Assembly: GCA_944390895.1 (NCBI GenBank)
Contig: CALXRQ010000005.1
Location: 983 to 64,982, forward strand
Source: an uncultured Alphaproteobacteria bacterium
GTDB taxonomy: Bacteria; Pseudomonadota; Alphaproteobacteria; RF32; CAG-239
DNA length: 64,000 bases
Direction of reading: 5' to 3'
A program made the position numbers and the translations under genes. Numbering within the stretch: the first letter of the stretch is position 1; each line of letters starts with the position of its first letter. Under the pieces are notes generated by a model. The model was given only the letters and a program-made list of their open reading frames with translations. It ran no database searches and was not told where the DNA came from. Positions 58,101 through 64,000 of this stretch are shown in pieces.

Positions 58101-59256
58101 TGCCGGACGCAGCGCCGGCCAGATCGCCGGTTCGCGCGCCGCTGACGATAATCTTGCCGCTGTTGTATATGTCGCCTTTTCCCCACAACCAGATACCGGT
58201 ACTGTTATCCCCGGCAATGTCAATAACGCCGCTGTTGGCAATCTTGCCGACCGTAGACGAGAAAATACCCATGCTCTGCGGCGCGATAATCTTAATCGTC
58301 CCGGCATTATTAATATCTCCGACCGTGGGATTGGCGGCATCAACCAGACAAGACGTATTTCTCGGATCGTAAATGTCAACAATACACGACATTATGCCCT
58401 TGGCATATTTGTTGGAAGACGTAATGGTAATATCACCCGTATTGTAAACATATCCGTTTTTGGAATAAATGGCTCCCCAGTGGTCAAGAGACACGTCTGC
58501 GGCCGAATTGTTGGTGACGGTTATATCCTTGTTATTGATAATGTTTTTATTCTCCGGCATATAAAGGCCCCAGTAGTCGCTTTGGCTGCCGCCGGCTGTT
58601 TCCACCACATCTTTGTTGATATTCTCGGCCACGACATACGGCGGAGCATTAACGCCGTTCATTCCGTCAATGTTTTTGACTTCATCGTCATCATCGTCGC
58701 TGTTGCTGCTCAAAATCAGCGCCACCGTACCGCCGACCAGCGCAACGCCGCCGATGGTCCACGCCGTTGTCGACGAAATCAGCGGTTCTTCATGAGGATC
58801 ATAGGCGATATAACCCAGATTCCGGTTGGAAGACATTTGTTCTATATTGGCAAAATCCTTGGCATTATACTTATATGCCTTGGACGTATTTTGCGCCGCA
58901 GCGGCCTGTTGCCTGTAGACCGGCGGCCGTCTCAACCCTTCGTTAAAAGCGATTTTTCTTTCGTCGGGAATACGGGAAACACAGGAATGGTTGATATCGG
59001 CTCCCAAACTTCTGAATGTTCGGAAAGCCGTATAGTCACTCTTCCAAACCGCAATGCACAAACCGGTATTGCCCTGAGCGTCAACGCTGTCTATGTCAAG
59101 CCCGCGATTGACGGCGTCGGCCAGAACTTTGCTTTTGCCCTGAGCCGCAAAATTATACATGGCGTCAAAATTGGCCGGCGCCAGCCCCGCATCCGCCGGA
59201 CTCGCCCATAAACAAAGGCCCAGAACGCCTGACATTAAATTAATTTTGCGAACCAA
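55183..59256 (-). CDS. autotransporter (type Va) with Gly-rich beta-helix passenger, N-terminal ankyrin repeats and C-terminal beta-barrel
   Basis: C-terminal roughly 280 aa barrel ending GVNWKF. Passenger is full of G(S/T)GI / NxG repeats. N-terminal signal peptide (TTG start; alternative ATG at 59235). D.QGNTGL..AV......GADINH ankyrin signature. Confidence 0.85.
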   Translation of the reverse strand: MVRKINLMSGVLGLCLWASPADAGLAPANFDAMYNFAAQGKSKVLADAVNRGLDIDSVDAQGNTGLCIAVWKSDYTAFRTFRSLGADINHSCVSRIPDERKIAFNEGLRRPPVYRQQAAAAQNTSKAYKYNAKDFANIEQMSSNRNLGYIAYDPHEEPLISSTTAWTIGGVALVGGTVALILSSNSDDDDDEVKNIDGMNGVNAPPYVVAENINKDVVETAGGSQSDYWGLYMPENKNIINNKDITVTNNSAADVSLDHWGAIYSKNGYVYNTGDITITSSNKYAKGIMSCIVDIYDPRNTSCLVDAANPTVGDINNAGTIKIIAPQSMGIFSSTVGKIANSGVIDIAGDNSTGIWLWGKGDIYNSGKIIVSGARTGDLAGAASGIWVSEEANVTNDGKINVVASGQGGTGIYVKKGNITNNKEITVSGGGVGMEIGEGKQINNGTIEVSGSGSGGNYGIKTDSSGDVENNGTITMTNGGTGIYTASGSVTNGLGALVEIKGSGTAISGGSVTNKGTVISDGNGLSGDTVVNEGGVSADGGTGIMASSSGENKGTVTASVGMSTSSGSLTNAEGADITATGEAAMMSTGSGTFKNAGTITASQYGFSLASGSVENSGTVTAEIGVTTTSASVTNAEGGVMNVSSAGMIGRNDGENSASVTFDNKAKLAVVSDTAGSGSLSGQAYAMYTETGLVIEDQKVFSTMTATNGEKGEIVLDNNGAATARLAAMWAEDAGTLTNEGTITINDNDGKAETIAAMRAGNYFAETEDDSSTITSTDSTLTNSGKIEINAAYKNSGSVVGMSLSGAGTITNSGELIVKSNNAYGMKVEYDNASLKDENGVITVAARAINDGTILMQGDNNTAMYASGIGSAIQNNGTIKITDANMTNVSQKVGSEAYTGASQCDSFICLENGAIYENAGSTTSDAALDLNSFGDGSVYLMKGGTFNAPEISGKVYASNNIVTGSNEDSYVSEKAFVGEDTGIELTSASYMFEASLKDGGDGSQDVVMNRKAFDDIIDNKSAAAFLEENYVAGNGVDLYDDLKTAGAHSSLNAKASTELGLDFFPNFAKQNLDVIKSLNRNINNTVLNNTDTKEERATVGYDYMYREQDGTATLAGYKDDVSTVYGIFDRKYDAYWRYGFGLSYTRFDSKYDGRGSRDENIVQLFAPVLYQDDTYSFISTPRLGYGWGDYRRYADGNVFGADTDVYYYGIANELRREIDLEALVFEPIIEFNILGLYQDDMKEDGKLDIDAANNLSVEAGIGLYAKKTFALGENHEVRLRAGGTFYHEFGDPYANLSARMAGMSGEYGLNSYKVQRNRTVLSVGAEYQYQQFNLYSRYNKYIEDDGGWQIDAGVNWKF

Positions 59257-59390
59257 ATTTTTATCCAGAAAAGTATATACTCTGCCTTTTTTTATACAAA
59301 TTTTGCCTTCCGAACAATAAAATAAGCAAAGTTATCAAATGAATTTTTGCCTTCGGCAAAAGTTTAGACAAACTTTTGCCAAAATACAAA

Positions 59391-59419
59391 TTGACACTTT
59401 CGGCAAAATATGATATAAA
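59391..59419 (+). promoter_or_regulatory. candidate sigma70 promoter (TTGACA-17-TATAAA) for the 492-aa gene
   Basis: Consensus hexamers. The spacer contains one GGCAAAA half-site of a repeated motif. Confidence 0.5.
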
Positions 59420-59538
59420 TGCTGCCGTTACAAAATATTATTAAGACTATTACCATGCATAAAGTGTTCAAAAACTTTTGGCTTTTCTGTCTTGATAATG
59501 TTTTAAATAAACTAATATTCATCTAAAAACAAACTATT

Positions 59539-61017
59539 ATGAAAACAGAATTAAGCTATCAGCCGACTTGTTACGAACAACTGATCATTGATTTGACGGA
59601 AAACCCCGATGCAAATCTTCTTTACGAAAATTATCCGGAATTCAAAAAACGCGGTCATTCCAAGGAAGAGTTTGAAGCATGGGCGGCCTATTCTAAATTT
59701 TCATTGTTCATCACGCAGTTCGGCGGAAACGACAACGCTAAAAAAGAATACCAGAAAGCTGCGCTTGAACTCCTGAAAAAAGGTGTTTCCTCATCTGATG
59801 AACTGAACCAAAAATGGTTTCAGACTTCCGAAAAAATCGGCAAAAACAAAACCTTCGCTCCCTGCGAGGCTCTTGCCGCGGAATATGTCATTCCGCGATA
59901 CCGTTTCTTTCCGGAAGAAATAGCCGCTTTCAAACAAGCCGAAGAACAGGGAAGAGTAAAAAACGCCGTGTTGAAATATTCTGATCGGTACGGACAGAAG
60001 ACGGCTTTTTGTTATCCTTACCTGAATATTCCGGCCAACGAAGGCGGACGGCCTGACATCTTAGTTGCTTTCAGCGGACACCAGCAAACCGGTTGTTGGT
60101 TTGTTGAAGCCGTTTACCATTATCTCAAAAACAAAATTGCCCGTTATAAAAAAGAGGGCTTGAACTGTGAGAAAATTGTAGACCGGCTTCTGGAACAGCC
60201 GCTGTATGTCGCTTCATTGGGAATGACAGACAACCAGGGTCTGACAGACTGGAATCCCCGTTTTGCTTTCCGGCAGAAACACGAATACGGAATGTATTTC
60301 CGCCATATGGCATTCGGAGGTCTCCCGCTCGGACTGACCAACAAACTCTCCATGCTGGAGGTAAAAGATACCTCAACCGAAGAAAACATTGGTTTCATCA
60401 TAGACACGCTTAAACACTATAAGCTGGACGATGTGAACCTCATTCTTCTCGGTTATCCGGTATACCAATGGCGGACAATGGCAGAATTTGCCAAGGGCTT
60501 TGCCAAAAGGATTGATGCGCCGAACGTATATCTCCGTGTTGCCGACATTCCGACCAAACGGGACGCGGGAGACATCACGCAGACACGCTTTCTCAGCTAT
60601 GACAGCTTAGAAATGCAGGGGCTGGATCTGATTTCCAATTGCATTGCCAATCCGTTCCGTCAGACCGAAGGTGAAAATGCCACACGCTTTCCCCTGCCCG
60701 ACGGCGGAAAGTTTCCCGAAGCGATGAAGCCTTTGCTGCAGTTGGCGCTCGGATATTCTTACAAAAACATTCCGCATGAACTGTGCGGAACCAACGAAGA
60801 TGTAGCGCTGATCCTGAAACTCAACCGTTCACTGATGCTTCTGCAGCATGACAAAGGTTACAGCGGAGAAGTTCAGGACCAACAACAGATGCAGCTGGCC
60901 ATTCAGACCAACAAAAACCTGATTGCCGCCGGTTTCACCACTCAAGAACTCATCAGCCAGGCTGATTTTCTCAGCGAAAAAGAGTTCTACGAAGCTTTGG
61001 TAGACCTTTATCGCTGA
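59539..61017 (+). CDS. orphan 492-aa protein, no recognisable family
   Basis: Long uninterrupted ORF with its own promoter and terminator. Soluble, no signal peptide. Confidence 0.6.
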   Translation: MKTELSYQPTCYEQLIIDLTENPDANLLYENYPEFKKRGHSKEEFEAWAAYSKFSLFITQFGGNDNAKKEYQKAALELLKKGVSSSDELNQKWFQTSEKIGKNKTFAPCEALAAEYVIPRYRFFPEEIAAFKQAEEQGRVKNAVLKYSDRYGQKTAFCYPYLNIPANEGGRPDILVAFSGHQQTGCWFVEAVYHYLKNKIARYKKEGLNCEKIVDRLLEQPLYVASLGMTDNQGLTDWNPRFAFRQKHEYGMYFRHMAFGGLPLGLTNKLSMLEVKDTSTEENIGFIIDTLKHYKLDDVNLILLGYPVYQWRTMAEFAKGFAKRIDAPNVYLRVADIPTKRDAGDITQTRFLSYDSLEMQGLDLISNCIANPFRQTEGENATRFPLPDGGKFPEAMKPLLQLALGYSYKNIPHELCGTNEDVALILKLNRSLMLLQHDKGYSGEVQDQQQMQLAIQTNKNLIAAGFTTQELISQADFLSEKEFYEALVDLYR

Positions 61018-61033
61018 AAAAAGAACACTTTTC

Positions 61034-61067
61034 AAAAAAATACCCTGCGATAAGCAGGGTATTTTTT
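61034..61067. terminator. bidirectional rho-independent terminator
   Basis: A7 - taccctgc / gcagggta - T6 between convergent genes. Confidence 0.85.
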
Positions 61068-61071
61068 AATC

Positions 61072-61434
61072 TTATTCAACAACGCTGATAAATTTAGAAT
61101 AACGTTCCTTGCATTTTTCAGACTGCTGTAAGGCAACGTCACGCATAATCTGATTCTCGTACATTTCTAAAAATTTCTCATCCGGTTCAACTGTCAATAT
61201 CCCGCTTTCCGCATCGTAATTAAGGCTCAAACCGATTAAAGGCGCCGGATATTCACAGTCGCACAACTGTTTATAATATTCTTCCGCAATCTTAAATTTT
61301 GCGGCAACAACTTTGCCCTGACTTTCGGTTTCGTCATTTTTAATATTTTTAACCGCAGTCTCCGTCCGAATGTAATTTTCAATCAAAATCGGCGAAAAAT
61401 CATCTGTTGCAGACCATACGTCACTCATTTCCAC
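61072..61434 (-). CDS. orphan acidic 120-aa protein
   Basis: ORF between a terminator and the tRNA-Arg terminator. No family recognised. Confidence 0.5.
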   Translation of the reverse strand: MEMSDVWSATDDFSPILIENYIRTETAVKNIKNDETESQGKVVAAKFKIAEEYYKQLCDCEYPAPLIGLSLNYDAESGILTVEPDEKFLEMYENQIMRDVALQQSEKCKERYSKFISVVE

Positions 61435-61448
61435 ACCTTTAACTTAAG

Positions 61449-61473
61449 AAAAAACCGCCCTGAAAGGCGGTTT
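61449..61473 (-). terminator. rho-independent terminator after tRNA-Arg
   Basis: Minus strand: aaaccgcc-tttca-gggcggttt followed by a T-run. Confidence 0.75.
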
Positions 61474-61478
61474 AGAAA

Positions 61479-61555
61479 TGGCGATCTCGAGAGGATTCGA
61501 ACCTCTGACCCACAGCTTAGAAGGCTGTTGCTCTATCCAGCTGAGCTACGAGACC
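61479..61555 (-). tRNA. tRNA-Arg (anticodon UCU)
   Basis: Hand-folded: acceptor GGTCTCG/CGAGATC (one G-U), anticodon stem ACAGC/GCTGT with loop CTTCTAA, T-arm AGAGG-TTCGAAT-CCTCT, encoded CCA. 77 nt. Confidence 0.9.
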
Positions 61556-61566
61556 ATTAGCCGAAC

Positions 61567-61772
61567 AATATTCTTCTTGGTCGGGGCAGCAGGATTGTAA
61601 TTCCCAATTCACCACTTTTCCCGGTATCTTTATCAAAACTGCTCCGAATTGGGCCCCTTTCGTTCAAGCTTGCTTCGCTCGGTAAACCTTACTCGCAACT
61701 TTCACCGACCCTAACGGTTCGCATCCTGACTTAAGTTTTAATAATATTCTTCTTGGTCGGGGCAGCAGGATT
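61567..61772 (-). repeat. 30-nt direct repeat (tRNA-Pro 3' 19 nt + 11 nt flank) bounding a 176-bp insert between tRNA-Pro and tRNA-Arg
   Basis: aatattcttcttggtcggggcagcaggatt occurs at 61567..61596 and 61743..61772. The second copy is the real tRNA-Pro 3' end. Confidence 0.85.
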
Positions 61773-61830
61773 CGAACCTACGACATCTTGCTCCCAAAGC
61801 AAGCGCTCTACCAGGCTGAGCTATGCCCCG
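61754..61830 (-). tRNA. tRNA-Pro (anticodon UGG)
   Basis: Hand-folded: acceptor CGGGGCA/TGCCCCG, anticodon stem CTTGC/GCAAG with loop TTTGGGA, T-arm GTAGG-TTCGAAT-CCTGC, encoded CCA. 77 nt. Confidence 0.9.
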
Positions 61831-61971
61831 AAAAAATTCAAATAATTTCCGAACACGGCATCTCCACCGCCGGCAGCAGGCCCGCTAAGCGTCGCCCTTT
61901 TTGATAACAAAACGTAATTTAGCGAATTTATTTTATTTTGCAAGCACTTTTTACTAAAAAAATGTTTCGGA

Positions 61972-62676
61972 TTATATCAACCCGCCGTCACGAAAACTGT
62001 AATAGCCGTAACGACTGATGACAACATGGTCATGCAGTTCAATATTCATTGATTCCAACGCCGCTTTCACGTTTTTGGTCACCTCGACGTCCGCCTTGGA
62101 CGGCGTCGCATCTCCGGTCGGATGGTTATGAACCATAATAACGGCGCAGGCTTTCTTGTCCAAGGCCGCCCTCACCACTTCGCGGGGATGAATAGACACG
62201 TGGTTAATCGTCCCTTTTTGCTGAATTTCCTGATCAACGACCTGATTTTTGGAATTCAGATAAATAATCCTGAATTCCTCCACATCCTGATAACACATGC
62301 TCATCCGGCAATAGTCAACCAACATATCCATATTGCCGATAACCGGAAGATCGGCGCCTTTCAGCTGTTCCCAGGACATTCTCACCGCCGCGGCACTGAC
62401 CATCTTCAGTGCAAAAACCGAATTTTCGCCAATCCCGTCCACCTCAAGCAGCTCAGACTGCGGAGCGTTTATCACGTCGGCAAAGCTTCCGAACTTTGCA
62501 ATCAGCGCCTTGGCAATAGGTTTAACGTCGCGCCGGGGAATAGCGATCATCAGATAGGCTTCCAACAGCTCATAATCGGCCATATCCCTGCCGCCGCCTC
62601 TCAAAAAGCGTTCGCGAACCCGGTGGCGGTGTCCTTCGCTGCTCAAATTCGGTTTGGCATTTTCTGTCATCAACAA
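61972..62676 (-). CDS. radC: RadC-family JAB-domain protein
   Basis: HhH region (GIGE) and JAMM motif HNHPTGD..PS..D. Confidence 0.85.
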   Translation of the reverse strand: MLMTENAKPNLSSEGHRHRVRERFLRGGGRDMADYELLEAYLMIAIPRRDVKPIAKALIAKFGSFADVINAPQSELLEVDGIGENSVFALKMVSAAAVRMSWEQLKGADLPVIGNMDMLVDYCRMSMCYQDVEEFRIIYLNSKNQVVDQEIQQKGTINHVSIHPREVVRAALDKKACAVIMVHNHPTGDATPSKADVEVTKNVKAALESMNIELHDHVVISRYGYYSFRDGGLI

Positions 62677-62705
62677 TCCTCAGCGCTGAAAAAAACAGAT
62701 ACGGA

Positions 62706-63512
62706 TTATGCTTTCTTATAGGGAGGACGGTCCAGCCCTTTCGGCGAATAAGTAAACACTTCAACCCCGTCTTTGGTAACGCCCATTGAATGCTCGAACT
62801 GCGCCGACAGCGTCTTGTCTCTGGTAACGGACGTCCAGCCGTCTTTCAAAATGATAGCGTCGGGTTTTCCGATATTGATCATCGGTTCAATCGTAAAGAA
62901 CATACCTTCTTCCATTACCGGACCGGTCCCCTTTTTGCCGACATGCATCACATTCGGAGAATCATGAAAAACCCGGCCCAGACCGTGTCCGCAAAACATA
63001 TCGACCACGCCGTAACCGTATTTATGGGCGTATTCCTCAATCACGGCGCCGATATCGCCGAAACGGGCACCCGGTTTTACCACGTCAATGCCGCGCATCA
63101 TACATTCATAGGTCACGTCACATAAACGTTTGGCCTTTATCTTTGGTTCGCCGGCATAATACATACGGCTGGTATCGCCGTACCATCCGTCCAGAATGCA
63201 GGTAACGTCAATGTTAAGAATGTCACCGTTGACCAGCTTGCGCTCATAATCGGGAATCCCGTGGCAGATGACATGATTGATGGAGATGCACACCGATTTC
63301 GGATAACCTCTGTATCCCAGACAGGCCGGAATGGCGCCGCGGCTGGTAAAAAACTCCCGGCACAAATCGTCAAGCTCGCCGGTAGAAACGCCGACCTGCA
63401 CATAGTCGGTTATATAGTCCAGACATTCAGCCGCCAAGCGCCCGGCCTTGCGCATTCCTTCAAAATCTTCTTTTTCATAAATCGTTATTCCGTCTTTTCT
63501 TTTGTGAGACAC
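62706..63512 (-). CDS. map: type I methionine aminopeptidase
   Basis: NHVICHGIP, D....DGWYGD, GHG.G and FTIEP metal-ligand motifs. Confidence 0.92.
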   Translation of the reverse strand: MSHKRKDGITIYEKEDFEGMRKAGRLAAECLDYITDYVQVGVSTGELDDLCREFFTSRGAIPACLGYRGYPKSVCISINHVICHGIPDYERKLVNGDILNIDVTCILDGWYGDTSRMYYAGEPKIKAKRLCDVTYECMMRGIDVVKPGARFGDIGAVIEEYAHKYGYGVVDMFCGHGLGRVFHDSPNVMHVGKKGTGPVMEEGMFFTIEPMINIGKPDAIILKDGWTSVTRDKTLSAQFEHSMGVTKDGVEVFTYSPKGLDRPPYKKA

Positions 63513-63525
63513 AGCAAACCCCTAT

Positions 63526-64000
63526 TCATTTATTAACGACAATATCCATTTTATTTGTGATTGTTATACTTTTTTTATCAAGATTGCAACCATAACTGAC
63601 AAACTCTAAACCGCTTTTTGCCTCTTCAAAAATCTTGGCGGCCGAGGTCGGGTCTATGGTCCACGAAAACTTTGTTTCCAAGCAGTCAATCCGTGGCACG
63701 ATCAGCACCACCACCGTCCGGTGTCCGAGTGCTCTTACCCGGCGCATTTCTTCAAACATTTCCATATCCAGAAAATTCACCTTTGAAGGAAACACCGCGC
63801 GGCCGTCTTGTTTGTTGTATATCGGCCGCAGGCTGACATAACACTTTTCGTCCTGGTTGCTGAGTTCAAAATCCAGATGCGGCAGATTGTCGGCCAAAAC
63901 CATATGACGGATTTTGCTATACTGTACAAAATCTTCCATCACCCGGTTTTTAAAAGCCTCGACAAACATTTTGGGATTGCCGCGCTGATTGACCATAACC
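63526..64000 (-). CDS. sfsA: SfsA-like nuclease-fold protein, 5' end beyond window
   Basis: Collinear with my recollection of the E. coli SfsA C-terminal two-thirds (VN...EA..N...Y, .DF.L, CY...., FP, G.R.V, DP, EA...G.E...Y). The frame stays open to the window edge. Confidence 0.5.
   Translation of the reverse strand, partial: VMVNQRGNPKMFVEAFKNRVMEDFVQYSKIRHMVLADNLPHLDFELSNQDEKCYVSLRPIYNKQDGRAVFPSKVNFLDMEMFEEMRRVRALGHRTVVVLIVPRIDCLETKFSWTIDPTSAAKIFEEAKSGLEFVSYGCNLDKKSITITNKMDIVVNK

Noticed and set aside
61578-61657. 80-nt segment ending in GCCCCGACCA considered as a tRNA-Pro pseudogene
   Set aside because: Only the last 19 nt match tRNA-Pro. No D-arm, anticodon arm or T-stem 5' strand is recognisable, so it is reported as part of the att-like insert.
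1-64000. Search by eye for integrase, transposase, phage, plasmid, CRISPR-Cas, restriction-modification or known defence-system genes
   Set aside because: I recognised none in any frame. The tRNA-linked inserts therefore have no cis-encoded recombinase within this window.

Overview
64-kb chromosomal window from a Gram-negative bacterium (lipid A/Kdo genes, OMP barrels, an autotransporter). It is mostly housekeeping and densely coding. I support about 66 CDS, 4 tRNAs (Val-UAC, Ser-GCU, Arg-UCU, Pro-UGG), many hairpin terminators and several near-consensus sigma70 promoters. I recognised no rRNA, CRISPR, transposase, integrase or phage genes. Gene content and order (lon-hup, gatC/gatA/gatB, DUF374-waaA-lpxK, tldD-pmbA, yejEF, recA, rpsD, fabI) look Alphaproteobacteria-like. 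HydG plus a TM1266 regulator, FucO-type Fe-ADH and a U32 peptidase hint at an anaerobic lifestyle; both statements are inference. The strongest signal not explained by genes is a set of small structured inserts at the 3' ends of three tRNA genes. They are a 173-bp near-identical tandem array at tRNA-Ser, a 215-bp insert at tRNA-Val with terminal inverted repeats made of tRNA sequence, and a 176-bp insert at tRNA-Pro. The Ser and Val inserts share a 14+14-nt core around a hairpin whose stem differs but stays self-complementary. Other accessory features: (1) an AT-rich islet between lpxK and an aldo-keto reductase, holding a 464-aa orphan with a C-terminal AHH/HNH-like nuclease motif and a divergent 116-aa orphan; (2) a low-GC OMP gene with a highly structured leader next to the tRNA-Ser array; (3) a 1357-aa autotransporter with N-terminal ankyrin repeats and an internal hydrophobic segment; (4) further orphan proteins (620 aa; a 492/120-aa pair beside the tRNAs); (5) a roughly 890-bp apparently non-coding stretch with a strong-RBS 42-codon sORF and two minus-strand terminators. 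All functional calls come from reading motifs by eye, with no database search.
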